The notes: generated from the sequence alone by a model not told the origin. 64,000 nt of DNA from Dehalococcoidia bacterium (GCA_963662435.1 OY759598.1:2140507-2204506); one strand, 5' to 3'. Positions 39,024 to 49,091 are shown, numbered from the stretch's first letter. A program made the numbers and translations.

Positions 39024-39926
39024 ATGCGCAGAATCATAATCGACACCGATCCCGGGACGGACGACGTCCTGGCGATCATGATGGCCCTGAATTCCTTCGA
39101 ACTGTCTGTCGAGGGCATCACCACTGTCGGCGGAAACGCGACACTTGCACAGACGACCGACAACGCTCTCAGGCTGATGGGGTATCTCGAAGGTGGGGGC
39201 AGCACGATGCCCATTGCGATTGGGGCTGACCGGCCGCTGCATGGATCGTACACGCATGCGTACCACTTTCACGGTTCCGATGGACTCGGCGTCAGTCTGC
39301 CCGACTCAACGCTGGAGCCGGTCCGCGAGGACGCAGTCGAATTCCTGCGCGACAAAATCTCCGAGTCTCCGGGCGAACTCTCCATCATTGCGATCGGCCC
39401 GCTCAGTAACGTCGCGTCTGCGCTGGACAGTCGACCGGACATTGCAGACGCGATACCGGAGATCATCATTATGGGCGGAGCCGTCGGCGTGCCGGGCAAC
39501 ATCACGCCTCACGCCGAGTTCAATATCCATGAGGACCCCTGGGCCGCCAACGTCGTTTTCGAGTCGGGAGTGCCCGTCACGCTGGTGGGGCTCGATGTCA
39601 CGCACGAGACCTTTATGCATCGGAACGGAGGTCCGCGCTGGTTCGAGGGCTCTTCCAAGCAAGCTCAACTGGGCAATAGGATCCTCACGAATCGATTCCA
39701 GGAGCTTGACGTCACGGATGAGTTCCACCTGCACGATCCGCTCGCTGTTGCGGCGGCAATCGAGCCGGATATCCTGTCGTATCAACAAGCGATGGTATCG
39801 GTGGTGACGGACGGGGAGGAGCGTGGACGCACCATCGCAAGCTACGGAGACGGGACGGTACGGGTTGCGGTTGGGGTCGATGTGGGACGGGCCGTCGAGA
39901 TGGTCCGGAACCTAGTTTCCAAGTGA
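39024..39926 (+). CDS. Inosine/uridine-preferring nucleoside hydrolase family
   Basis: IIDTDPGTDD, FHGSDGLG, IGPLSN, AEFNIHEDP, GLDVT, LHDPLA. Confidence 0.93.
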   Translation: MRRIIIDTDPGTDDVLAIMMALNSFELSVEGITTVGGNATLAQTTDNALRLMGYLEGGGSTMPIAIGADRPLHGSYTHAYHFHGSDGLGVSLPDSTLEPVREDAVEFLRDKISESPGELSIIAIGPLSNVASALDSRPDIADAIPEIIIMGGAVGVPGNITPHAEFNIHEDPWAANVVFESGVPVTLVGLDVTHETFMHRNGGPRWFEGSSKQAQLGNRILTNRFQELDVTDEFHLHDPLAVAAAIEPDILSYQQAMVSVVTDGEERGRTIASYGDGTVRVAVGVDVGRAVEMVRNLVSK

Positions 39927-40028
39927 TGGCATCTGGTTGTTATCACGTCATGGGTGACGGGGCGAAGTATCCTTAAGTGCCATGTAGACTAGCGTCCGTC
40001 ATTCAGACAGATCTTTGGGGAGACACAC

Positions 40029-40415
40029 ATGGAGAAGCGAAGGATTGGATTCGAAGACATCTACGCTGCCGGGCCGCACTACAGTCGCGGCGTTCGAGCG
40101 GGAAACATGCTGTTCCTTTCAGGCTGCACGGCAAACAGGTCCGCAGCTGAGAACGGCTCGCCGATGGAGCAGCTTCGTGTCGTGCTCGACAGGCTCACCC
40201 GGATGGTTGTGGCCGAGGGTGGCAAGCCGTCCGACATCGTAAAGCTGACAACTTTCGTCAACAATACCGACGACTGGTTCCCGTTCGACGGCGAGCAGGC
40301 CGACATCTACCACGAGTTCTTCGGCGACGACTACCCTACCAATACCATAGTCGGGGCGCGCTTTCCGGGCGCGAACGTACACATCGAGATAGACGCCGTG
40401 GCGGTCTTGGACTGA
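40029..40415 (+). CDS. RidA/YjgF-family protein
   Basis: YSRGVRAGNMLFLSG, DIVKLTTFV, IEIDAVA. Confidence 0.88.
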   Translation: MEKRRIGFEDIYAAGPHYSRGVRAGNMLFLSGCTANRSAAENGSPMEQLRVVLDRLTRMVVAEGGKPSDIVKLTTFVNNTDDWFPFDGEQADIYHEFFGDDYPTNTIVGARFPGANVHIEIDAVAVLD

Positions 40416-40442
40416 CTGCCTCATCGAGAGGGTAAAGAAATT

Positions 40443-40507
40443 CCGTTCACCCTGAGCCGGTTGAAGGGTTCATACCTTTCAGGGTTCGACATGCTCAGGA
40501 CGAACGG
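40443..40507. repeat. Palindromic REP/MITE-like element, copy 2
   Basis: CCGTTCACCCTGAGCCGGTTGAAGGG...GTTCGACATGCTCAGGACGAACGG. Confidence 0.85.
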
Positions 40508-40532
40508 ATCTTGGTCGCTAGTCCCAAATTCT

Positions 40533-41003
40533 CTACCTACTGGGCTTGCCCCGCATCCGCTCGATAAGCAGCTTGACCCCCTGCTCAATACGTCGCTTTC
40601 GTGTCGCGGGCGTCTTGGCTTCCTCGATGCGGTCGATGAACCGCTTGCGGTTGGGGACGGTCAGGGCTTGGAATGCTTCGAACGCTTCGCTGCCCTCAGG
40701 CATGGCATCCGCAAGGTCGGCGGGGACGGTTATCTCCCATTCCGCTTCGTCTCGCTCGATCTCGACATCGACGATGTCGCCCACGTCAACGCCGAGCTCA
40801 CGCCAGATGTCGCTGTGGACGAAGAGACGGTGCAACCCTCCTCCACGCGGCGCGAGATTGGAGCGGAACAGCTCACCCCCTGCCCTGCCCTTGACCCGGA
40901 TGTGGGTCTCCCCGCCGAGGGCCTCGGTGACCTCAGGGGGAACGTCGACGCAGCGGTTCACGCCGACGGAGTATAGCTCAGCTCGGAAGTGGTGAGTCGT
41001 CAC
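40533..41003 (-). CDS. DUF1905 + YdeI/OmdA-like domain protein
   Basis: VDVPPEV...IRVKG...GDIVDVEIE, then VPADLADA...FQALT...IEEAKTPATRKRRI. Confidence 0.8.
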   Translation of the reverse strand: MTTHHFRAELYSVGVNRCVDVPPEVTEALGGETHIRVKGRAGGELFRSNLAPRGGGLHRLFVHSDIWRELGVDVGDIVDVEIERDEAEWEITVPADLADAMPEGSEAFEAFQALTVPNRKRFIDRIEEAKTPATRKRRIEQGVKLLIERMRGKPSR

Positions 41004-41025
41004 CGGTCCCTCCTCGCCTGCGGTG

Positions 41026-42228
41026 TTAGACGTCCTGAAGGGTCTTGACGATTCCCTGACTTCTGAGTCCGTCGATCTCGGCAGTGGAATACCCGAACTC
41101 TCCGAGCACCTCCTCGGTGTGCTCGCCGAATAGCGGAGGTGGGCGACGGATGCTGCCGGGAGTCTCGGACAGCTTGACGGGAATGCCGACGTTGCGGATG
41201 GTGCCTGCGGTCGGGTGCTCGACCTCTACGACCATGTCACGCGCGATGACCTGCGGATCGGCGTAGACCTGGGCCATATCGTTTATGGGCCCGCTGGGGA
41301 CGCCAGCTTCTCCGAGGACCGTGAGCCAGTGGGCGGTTGGCTTCGCTTTGAGAGTCTCGCCCAGGGTCGCTTCGAGAGCGGGCCGGTTCGCCATTCGCCC
41401 GGCGTTATTCAAGAAGCGGGGGTCCGAAATCAGTTCCTCCCGCCCAATGGCGCGACATATGTTCTCCCAGTTCCTCTGGTTCGCGCCGCCCACGGTGATA
41501 TACCCGTCGCTGGTGGGAAGGGCCTGGTACGGGGCGGATATCTGGTGGGCCGAACCGTTTGGCCCCGGAGACCTGCCGGTGGTGAAGTATATTGCCGACT
41601 CCCACATGGTGTACGCGACCCCGGCCTCCATCAGTGACGAGTCCACGTGCTGACCTTCTCCGGTCTTGAGCCGGTTCACGTAGGCAGCCAGTATCCCGTA
41701 AGCCGTGAACAGCCCAGCGTTGAGATCGGTGATCGGGACGCTGACCTTCACGGGCGGTTGGCCCGGATGGCCCGTCACACTCATGATGCCGGAGTGTCCT
41801 TGCGCCATGAGATCGAACCCCGGCTTGTCCTTAAGGGGCCCAGTGCGGCCATATCCCGTGATGCTGGCATAGACTATAGCGGGGTTGACCTTGCGAACTT
41901 CGTCGTAGCCCAGCCCGAATCCCTCGAGACGTCCTGGCCGAAGGTTCTGCACGAAGATCTCCGCGTCCTTCGTCATACTGCGGACAATCTCGGCTCCCTC
42001 AGGCCGTTTCATGTCGATGACAACGCTGCGCTTGTTTCGTCCAATGTTGAGGAACGTCGCCGATTCGCCAGCCACGAAGGGGGGACCTGATCGGCGAACG
42101 TCGTCTCCTCCGTCCGGCTTCTCGATCTTGATGACGTCCGCGCCCATGTCCCCGAGGAGCATGGTGCAGAACGGCCCCGCCATGATCTGCGTAACGTCGA
42201 TGAGTCGAACGCCGGAAAGTGGCTGCAC
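41026..42228 (-). CDS. Family III CoA-transferase (CaiB/BaiF)
   Basis: PLSGVRLIDVTQIMAGPFCTMLLGDMGADVIKIE, RNKRS, PPLFGEHT. Confidence 0.94.
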   Translation of the reverse strand: MQPLSGVRLIDVTQIMAGPFCTMLLGDMGADVIKIEKPDGGDDVRRSGPPFVAGESATFLNIGRNKRSVVIDMKRPEGAEIVRSMTKDAEIFVQNLRPGRLEGFGLGYDEVRKVNPAIVYASITGYGRTGPLKDKPGFDLMAQGHSGIMSVTGHPGQPPVKVSVPITDLNAGLFTAYGILAAYVNRLKTGEGQHVDSSLMEAGVAYTMWESAIYFTTGRSPGPNGSAHQISAPYQALPTSDGYITVGGANQRNWENICRAIGREELISDPRFLNNAGRMANRPALEATLGETLKAKPTAHWLTVLGEAGVPSGPINDMAQVYADPQVIARDMVVEVEHPTAGTIRNVGIPVKLSETPGSIRRPPPLFGEHTEEVLGEFGYSTAEIDGLRSQGIVKTLQDV

Positions 42229-42243
42229 GGCAGGTCTAACCTC

Positions 42244-43278
42244 TCACAGTGGAAGATGTATCCTCTTACCCGTCCTCGCGCTGATACCGACCGCCTCGGT
42301 GAACTCCATGTACCGGACACCCTGTGCGAAGGTGACCTGCTCGACCTGCCGGTTTTCGCGAATGGCCGCAACGAACTCGGCGGCGATGTCATGCACGATC
42401 TGACGCCTGCAATGAACCTCGATCTCGGTGAACTCGGTCTCCCCGCGCCGCGCGCCGAAGAGCCTCTCGGCGTAGCCGTCGGACTTCAGCGTTGCTTCAG
42501 TGCCGTGGTACCACACTCCCTCATCGGCCATGCCGGTGACCTGGCTGAATCGCATGTGGTAGGACGCTCCGACCGCCATCTCGCCGATGATGTCGACGTG
42601 ATCCGGCACCGTCACGACGCGCTGTTCTCCGGTCGCGTCCCGACGCCAAGGAACGTTCACCTTGGCGTTCGCCAAAACCGTGGAGACAGGGCCCAAGATG
42701 CGATCGAACGACTCGCAGAGCATCCCAATCTCAAGAGTGTTGACCCCGCTCACCTCGCGATTGAGCCGCCAGAAGAACGGCGAGTCGCGGTCGATGAAAT
42801 CGCTGCCGGACACCACTTCGATGAACAGTGGGTCGCCAAGCCACCCATCGGAGATGAGCCGTCTGATAGTCTCGAGGCCCGTGCTTAATCGAGAGGTCGG
42901 CACAAGTGCGGTCACGAGGCCGGGGTGACGCCTGGATGCGTCCAGCATCTCGCGCGCCTCCTGGGCGTTCATGGCCATGCGCGACTGGGAGAGGACGTGC
43001 TTGCCGGCCTCCAAAGCGGCGATGGTGACGGGCTTATGGAGGTAGGGCCACGTGCCGATAAAGACGGCATTGATCTCGTCGGAAGCGACGAGGTCCGGCC
43101 AGTGGTCATAGACTTTCGGAATGCCGCGACGGTCCGCCGCGCGCTGTGCGGACTCGCGAGTCCGGTTGGAAACGCTGATGACCTCCACGCCCTCGATGCT
43201 CTGGAATCGCGGGATGTGCGTCTCGACGGCGCTGTTGCCCGCTCCGACAACGCCGACTTTTATGGGTAGTTCCGACAT
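42244..43278 (-). CDS. Gfo/Idh/MocA-family oxidoreductase
   Basis: KVGVVGAG, AVFIGTWPYLH, ALEAGKHVL. Confidence 0.9.
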   Translation of the reverse strand: MSELPIKVGVVGAGNSAVETHIPRFQSIEGVEVISVSNRTRESAQRAADRRGIPKVYDHWPDLVASDEINAVFIGTWPYLHKPVTIAALEAGKHVLSQSRMAMNAQEAREMLDASRRHPGLVTALVPTSRLSTGLETIRRLISDGWLGDPLFIEVVSGSDFIDRDSPFFWRLNREVSGVNTLEIGMLCESFDRILGPVSTVLANAKVNVPWRRDATGEQRVVTVPDHVDIIGEMAVGASYHMRFSQVTGMADEGVWYHGTEATLKSDGYAERLFGARRGETEFTEIEVHCRRQIVHDIAAEFVAAIRENRQVEQVTFAQGVRYMEFTEAVGISARTGKRIHLPL

Positions 43279-43305
43279 GTATGCTCCTAGCCCGGTTTCC
43301 GTTTC

Positions 43306-43944
43306 CTATGTAGCGTCGGCCTCATCCGACCAGCGGTCGAAGTGCGTGACATCGGCGACCGGCCTGCGCCGGCTGCCCCCGAATCGCTCCTCCGGTGAGG
43401 GGTAGCCCAGCGGGATCAACGCCGCCGTCTGGACATTAGACGGGATGCTAAGTAGGTCTCTGATCTCGTCTTCGAACATCGAGTGTACGGTCGTCAGTGA
43501 CGTGCCCAGCCCGAGTGCGCGCGCAGCCAGCAGGAGATTCTGGACGGCGGGGTATACGGAGGACCCGGTGAGGAGCGTACTCGGCCCGACTGCTCCCTCG
43601 TTCAAATACTCGTAGCACGCCAGGACCAATACGGGCGCCTCTCCCATGTGAAAGGCGAGATGGGTCACCGAGTCGTTGACCTTCTTTGACAGTCCCGGAA
43701 TCGGCTCCTGGCCGATGCCGGCCTCTTCACACGCCAACCTGTAGTATTCGCCAATCCTCTCCTTGGTCGCGGAGTCGCGGATGACGATGAAGCGCCATGG
43801 CTGAGTGTTCCGACCGCTCGGAGCGCGGACGGCGGCCTCTAGGATGCGCTGGATAGCCTCGTCGGATACTGGTTCGTCCGTGAACCGACGGATGGCGCGC
43901 TGCGTATGTATCGCCTCGAACAGCGATATTTCCGGTGTCTCCAT
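43306..43944 (-). CDS. Nitroreductase-family protein
   Basis: TQRAIRRF, RAPSGRNTQPWRF, AVQNLLLAARALGLG. Confidence 0.92.
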   Translation of the reverse strand: METPEISLFEAIHTQRAIRRFTDEPVSDEAIQRILEAAVRAPSGRNTQPWRFIVIRDSATKERIGEYYRLACEEAGIGQEPIPGLSKKVNDSVTHLAFHMGEAPVLVLACYEYLNEGAVGPSTLLTGSSVYPAVQNLLLAARALGLGTSLTTVHSMFEDEIRDLLSIPSNVQTAALIPLGYPSPEERFGGSRRRPVADVTHFDRWSDEADAT

Positions 43945-44024
43945 TGCGGCAACAAGGATACCACGTCACCACGTCGGACGATGTACAATCCCAACGGCAA
44001 ATTGGCGTGGAGAACGGAGAGATC

Positions 44025-46157
44025 ATGACGGTTCGCTTAAGGGGAACGGTGCTTGACGAACGGGGATATGGAGTCCCCTGGGTCTCCATATCGAATGGAG
44101 AGAACGTAGTCCGGGCTGATGGACGCGGTCGCTATGAAATCGAAGCCGAACCGGGCAATCACTCGTTCATCACCCTCTCCGTGCCGGACACGCATCGCGC
44201 AACCAATCCGTTCTATTTTCGCGTGCCGGAGACCGATGCTTCATTTGACTTCGAGCTGCGTTCAGCCACGGAGCGTCAGAACGAAACGTTTACCCTCGCA
44301 CAGATAACCGACACTCACGTGCGTTCGGAGCCGTACTATCGTCCTCAGGGTGCCTGGCTGGGGCCCGAGACGGGGCCGCGGCTGACGGGCGACCTGCGAC
44401 AACTGGAGCGGGAGTCGGCCCCTGACTTTGTGCTTGCGACTGGCGACCTCACCGATATCGGCACGATGGCTGAGCTTGAACTTTTCCGCGACTCCATAGC
44501 GCCAATCAAGACGCCGATACGCCCGGTGTATGGCGGGCACGACGGTCATGTCGAGTTGGAGGCGCAGGGTGGGAATCGCGACAAGTACGAGTACGTCGAG
44601 GGCGTCAGCTGCATCCAGAACTACCAAGGTGTGCTGGGACCGGTCTACTACAGCTTCGACTGGGGCGGTCGGCACTTCGTCGCCTTCTCGAAGGAGGACA
44701 GCTACTTCAACCAAGCCGACATCGCGCGCAAAGACCGCTGGCTGATCGAGGACCTATCAGCCCAGCCGGATGGGCGCGAGACCGTGCTGTACATGCACAC
44801 TCCTCCTGCGGTCGAGTTCCTCGATTTGCTGGGTGGGTACAACGTCAAGCTTGTGCTGTTTGGGCACACGCATTGCGCCAAGGCATTTGAGTACAAGGGG
44901 ATGGCAGTGGGCGGGCCGACGCCACTGTGCTTCGGCGGCTACGACGGGAACTCACGCGGCTACCGGCTCGTCCGATTCACGGAGGACGGCTTTAGATTCG
45001 ACCTAGTGCAGCAGACTACGAAGGCCCACCGTAACGTGAACCCCACGAGAGTATTCATTGGAGATCAGGGTGAAGGACTGGACCTGCTTTGGAGTCACGC
45101 ACTCCCGGGGCCGACGCACCGCGCCGCGCCGGTCCGGCATGGGGAGAAACTCCTGTACAGCGTGACTGACGACAACCTGCAGGGCCATGCGGGGGTCTAC
45201 GCTGTGGACTCGAAGACCGGTCGGCGAGACTGGCATGTGGAGACCGACACGTCGGTGAAGAACACGGTCGCGGTGGGCGATGACGGCTTCGCCTTAGCGA
45301 CATCGGTGGCGGGACGGGTGCATGGTATTGACGCAAGTTTGGGTGAACTGCTGTGGCAGCGGGACCTGCCACGTTATCCCGGACGTTGGATATACACTAC
45401 TCCCGTCATTGCCGATGGCACCGTGTACACGGGAGGCAAGGCCGGGTATGGCGCTTACGATGTCACGACCGGCGAAGAGTATTGGTATACGACTCTGACC
45501 ACCCCGGTTGGGTCCGGCGACCCCGTCGGCGACGGGTGGGGCTCTTTCCCTAGTCCGCTTGTGGTGGGAGGACTGCTAATCACGCATCTCTCCGGTCGGG
45601 GGATAGTCGCTCTTGACCGTGCAAACGGCGAGATCGCATGGGAGAACCCCCTGGGGATTACTCACTACTTTTCCAGTCCGGTTTTGGCGGACGGCCTGAT
45701 CATCAGTGGGGTGGAGTTCGGGAAGCTGGCGGCACTCGAACCTGAGACGGGCGAGGTAGTGTGGGAGGGCGAGGTCATCGACGCGCAGTACCCGACGCAT
45801 GTGCTGGTTGATGGAGACCGGATGTATGTGTCGACGAATCAGGGGCGGGTACGAAGTCTCGGCCTCAGTCCTCGCGAGGCGTTTTGGAGCGTTCAGGCCG
45901 GGAACGACCTGCTCGACATGAACCCCTTCCGGCGCGGAGTGAGGTCCATGTGGGCGGCCCCGGTGAGTTATCGCGACCTGCTAGTGGTGGGAGGGATCGA
46001 CGGGCGACTCTACATGGTTGATACCGAGAGGGGCGCCGTTGTGTCACGCACCGAGTTTCCCGCGCCGATCAGCGCAGCTCCCGGCGTGGTCGATGGTCGG
46101 CTTGTGGTGGCGACGTGGGACGGACGGTTGTGGGCGTTTGGCGACGGGAACGCTTAG
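44025..46157 (+). CDS. Calcineurin-like metallophosphoesterase fused to a PQQ-like beta-propeller
   Basis: QITDTH, ATGDLTD, GGHD, LFGHTH. C-terminal repeats of the type AxDxxTGxxxW. Confidence 0.85.
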   Translation: MTVRLRGTVLDERGYGVPWVSISNGENVVRADGRGRYEIEAEPGNHSFITLSVPDTHRATNPFYFRVPETDASFDFELRSATERQNETFTLAQITDTHVRSEPYYRPQGAWLGPETGPRLTGDLRQLERESAPDFVLATGDLTDIGTMAELELFRDSIAPIKTPIRPVYGGHDGHVELEAQGGNRDKYEYVEGVSCIQNYQGVLGPVYYSFDWGGRHFVAFSKEDSYFNQADIARKDRWLIEDLSAQPDGRETVLYMHTPPAVEFLDLLGGYNVKLVLFGHTHCAKAFEYKGMAVGGPTPLCFGGYDGNSRGYRLVRFTEDGFRFDLVQQTTKAHRNVNPTRVFIGDQGEGLDLLWSHALPGPTHRAAPVRHGEKLLYSVTDDNLQGHAGVYAVDSKTGRRDWHVETDTSVKNTVAVGDDGFALATSVAGRVHGIDASLGELLWQRDLPRYPGRWIYTTPVIADGTVYTGGKAGYGAYDVTTGEEYWYTTLTTPVGSGDPVGDGWGSFPSPLVVGGLLITHLSGRGIVALDRANGEIAWENPLGITHYFSSPVLADGLIISGVEFGKLAALEPETGEVVWEGEVIDAQYPTHVLVDGDRMYVSTNQGRVRSLGLSPREAFWSVQAGNDLLDMNPFRRGVRSMWAAPVSYRDLLVVGGIDGRLYMVDTERGAVVSRTEFPAPISAAPGVVDGRLVVATWDGRLWAFGDGNA

Positions 46158-46172
46158 GAGTTGTGCAATAAA

Positions 46173-46239
46173 CCGCTCGTAGTGAGCTTGCCGAACTATG
46201 GACTGTGTGTCCACCCTTCGACAGGCTCAGGGTGAACGG
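46173..46239. repeat. Palindromic REP/MITE-like element, copy 3 (inverted)
   Basis: The reverse complement reads CCGTTCACCCTGAGCCTGTCGAAGGG...TTCGGCAAGCTCACTACGAGCGG. Confidence 0.85.
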
Positions 46240-46254
46240 GGTGCTTCCAATTCT

Positions 46255-46848
46255 TCAATGCGCCCTGGAGGCCTCGAACTCGGCGATCCTGTCTTCGTGC
46301 TGCAGCGTCAGGCCGATGTCGTCGAGACCGTTCAGGAGCTTGTACTTGGCGAACTCGTCGATGTCGAAACCTTCGTTGATCTCTTCATCGTCGTCCCAGA
46401 CTCGCTGGTTTTCCAAGTCGACGTGTAGACGATAGCCGGGGCTATTCTGAGCCTTCTGCATGACGGTACGAACGGTCGAGTCGGGGAAGGTGATGAGCAG
46501 AATGCCGTTCTGCAGGGAGTTAGTTGAGAATATGTCGGCGAAGCTGGGAGCGATTACGCAGCGGATGCCGTAGTCGAGGAGGGCCCATGGAGCGTGCTCA
46601 CGGGACGACCCGGAGCCGAAATTCCTACCGGACACGAGGATCGTGGCGTTCTCGTACCCCGGCAGATTTAGCTCGAAGTCGGGATTGAGTGATCCGTCCT
46701 CGTCGAAGCGCCACTTGTAGAACAGGAATTGGCCGAATCCGGTCTTCTCGATGCGCTTGAGAAACTGGGCCGGAATGATTTGGTCAGTGTCGACGTCGAC
46801 TCTGTCCATCGGGGCGACCACGCCGGTAAGTTGTTTGAAAGGCTGCAT
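46255..46848 (-). CDS. leuD: 3-isopropylmalate dehydratase small subunit
   Basis: DVDTDQIIPAQFLK, NFGSGSSREHAPWAL, LLNGLDDIGLTL. Confidence 0.97.
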   Translation of the reverse strand: MQPFKQLTGVVAPMDRVDVDTDQIIPAQFLKRIEKTGFGQFLFYKWRFDEDGSLNPDFELNLPGYENATILVSGRNFGSGSSREHAPWALLDYGIRCVIAPSFADIFSTNSLQNGILLITFPDSTVRTVMQKAQNSPGYRLHVDLENQRVWDDDEEINEGFDIDEFAKYKLLNGLDDIGLTLQHEDRIAEFEASRAH

Positions 46849-46912
46849 AGGAGACCTACTCTTTTTCCTCTTTCGTCAATCCAATTATGTGTGAATTGAA
46901 TCAGTTAATCTC

Positions 46913-46954
46913 TCAGGGTGTACGGCGGACATACTCCACGTATGAGCGCTTCAA
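46913..46954 (-). pseudogene. Possible 5' remnant of a HepT/DUF86 (HEPN) toxin gene
   Basis: TTGA overlap with the MNT stop. It reads LKRSYVEYVRRTP*, similar to typical DUF86 N-termini, then stops. Confidence 0.45.
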
Positions 46955-47268
46955 ACTTCAACCGCCTCCCGGAGAATCCCAGCGCTGATAGTTTCCCTAA
47001 GGAACGACCTTGGCACGAGATCGATTGGTGTGTGGAGATAGTCGCTCAGGTTCCTCTGTAGGCTCGCTAGGTCGAGCAAACTGGGTGTACCGCGAAAGTC
47101 CACCAGCACGTCGAGGTCGCTATCTTCCCGCTCCTCACCTCGGACGTAGGAGCCGAACAGGGCCAGCGACGCCACGCCGTACTCGCGCTCCAACTCCGGC
47201 ATGTGTTCTTGCAGGATGCGGGCGAATTCGGCTGCCTTTGGGGGCAGGTCGGTTGTAGCAGTGCTCAA
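46951..47268 (-). CDS. Minimal nucleotidyltransferase (MntA-like antitoxin), copy 2
   Basis: LALFGSYVRGEEREDSDLDVLV, IDLV. Confidence 0.88.
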   Translation of the reverse strand: MSTATTDLPPKAAEFARILQEHMPELEREYGVASLALFGSYVRGEEREDSDLDVLVDFRGTPSLLDLASLQRNLSDYLHTPIDLVPRSFLRETISAGILREAVEV

Positions 47269-47286
47269 GTTCCGTCTACTTCCTAG

Positions 47287-47607
47287 TCATATAAGTACAG
47301 CTTCCTGCAACATATGTCTTCCGCTTCTGTACTCCGACGCGCTACGTGTTGTGGTCAGGTCTACCTCCTTACCCACAAGCTGCGAGAGGTATTCTCCCAA
47401 CGCGGTGAACGCGAGCATACCCATTGGTCGGCTAAGCTCCACCAGCACGTCGAGGTCACTGTCCTCACGTTCTTCACCTCGGACGTAGGAACCGAACAGG
47501 GCCAGCGACGCCACACCGTATTCTCGCTCCAACTCCGGCATGTGTTCTTGCAGGATTCGGGCGAACTCGGCTGCCTTTGGTGGCAGGTCGGCTGTAGCAG
47601 TACTCAC
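47287..47607 (-). CDS. Minimal nucleotidyltransferase (MntA-like antitoxin), copy 1
   Basis: LALFGSYVRGEEREDSDLDVLV, VGKEVDL. GTG start 7 nt after the leuC stop. Confidence 0.88.
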   Translation of the reverse strand: MSTATADLPPKAAEFARILQEHMPELEREYGVASLALFGSYVRGEEREDSDLDVLVELSRPMGMLAFTALGEYLSQLVGKEVDLTTTRSASEYRSGRHMLQEAVLI

Positions 47608-47614
47608 TTTTGGC

Positions 47615-49021
47615 TTACTTCCAGTCACGGATATCGACGAAGTGGCCTGTTATGGCCGCGGCTGCCGCCATTGCGGGTGAGACGAGGTGCGTTCTGCCGC
47701 CGGGACCCTGACGTCCCTCGAAGTTGCGGTTGGATGTTGAGGCGCACCGCTCGCCTGCAGAGAGGATGTCGGGGTTCATGCCTAGGCACATGGAGCAGCC
47801 TGCCTCGCGCCAGTCGAATCCGGCGTCCGTGAAGACGGCGTCCAGGCCTTCGGCTTCGGCCTGCATTTTTACCGAGGTTGATCCGGGCACGACCATGGCG
47901 TAGACCGAGTCGCTCACCTTGCGGCCTCGAATGACATCAGCGGCGGCGCGCAGGTCGTCGAGTCGGGCGTTGGTACACGAGCCGAGGAAGACGCGGTCTA
48001 CCGTTATGTCCTCGACGGGTGTGTCGGGCTCGAGGTCCATGTACTCCAAGGCACGCTCAGCCGCGGCGCGGTCATCGGCTTCGTCAAAGGAGTTTGGATC
48101 AGGCACGCGGGCCGTGATCGGGAGCACCATGCCGGGGTTTGTGCCCCACGACACCATCGGTTCCAACGAGCTTGCGTCGATCTCGACGAGTTCGTCGAAC
48201 TTCGCTCCGTCGTCGGTTCCTAGCTTCGACCATGCTTCGACGGCCGCCTCGAATTCGTCTCCCTGCGGGGCGTTGAGGCGGCCTCGAAGGTACTCGAATG
48301 TGGTCTCGTCGGGGGCGATCATGCCTGCTCTCGCTCCGCCCTCGATGGACATGTTGCAGACGGTCATTCGGCCATCCATAGAGAGTGAGCGTACGGCCTC
48401 TCCGGTGTACTCAACGACGTGCCCCTGCCCGCCACCGATGCCGATCTGGCCGATGATGCCGAGAATGAGGTCCTTGGCAGTTACGCCGAAGGGTAGGTCG
48501 CCATTGACCCTGATTTCCATCGTTGGGGACTCGTTCTGACGGATCGTCTGCGTCGCCAGAACGTGCTCGACCTCGGAAGTTCCGATGCCGAAAGCCAGCG
48601 CTCCGAATGCGCCGTGCGTGGACGTGTGACTGTCGCCGCACACGATGATCTTGCCCGGTTGGGTCCATCCCTGCTCGGGGCCGATGATGTGGACGATACC
48701 CTGGTTCGGGCTAGCCATATCAAAGAGGTTAATGCCGAACTCCTCGCAGTTGCGCTTGAGTGCGTCGAGCTGCTGCTTGGCGATAGGGTCTCTGATCGGC
48801 AGGGTGACGCGGCCGGGGTCGGTCGGCGTATTGTGATCAACTACTGCGACGGTCAGGTCTGTGCGACGGACTCCCCTGCCCGCTTCCCGGAGACCATCGA
48901 ATGCCTGAGGGGTGGTCACCTCGTGAATGAGATGGAGGTCTACGTACAGGATCGCGGGCTGCCCCTCTTCCTGGTGCACCACGTGCGAATCCCATATCTT
49001 CTGGTACATCGTTTTGGACAT
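47615..49021 (-). CDS. leuC: 3-isopropylmalate dehydratase large subunit
   Basis: [51 protein letters not shown]. Confidence 0.97.
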   Translation of the reverse strand: MSKTMYQKIWDSHVVHQEEGQPAILYVDLHLIHEVTTPQAFDGLREAGRGVRRTDLTVAVVDHNTPTDPGRVTLPIRDPIAKQQLDALKRNCEEFGINLFDMASPNQGIVHIIGPEQGWTQPGKIIVCGDSHTSTHGAFGALAFGIGTSEVEHVLATQTIRQNESPTMEIRVNGDLPFGVTAKDLILGIIGQIGIGGGQGHVVEYTGEAVRSLSMDGRMTVCNMSIEGGARAGMIAPDETTFEYLRGRLNAPQGDEFEAAVEAWSKLGTDDGAKFDELVEIDASSLEPMVSWGTNPGMVLPITARVPDPNSFDEADDRAAAERALEYMDLEPDTPVEDITVDRVFLGSCTNARLDDLRAAADVIRGRKVSDSVYAMVVPGSTSVKMQAEAEGLDAVFTDAGFDWREAGCSMCLGMNPDILSAGERCASTSNRNFEGRQGPGGRTHLVSPAMAAAAAITGHFVDIRDWK

Positions 49022-49091
49022 GTATCTGCTCACGTACGGCTGCTATTTTCACATAGCTTACGACATTTTCGCCGGCCAATGCATAGGGGTT

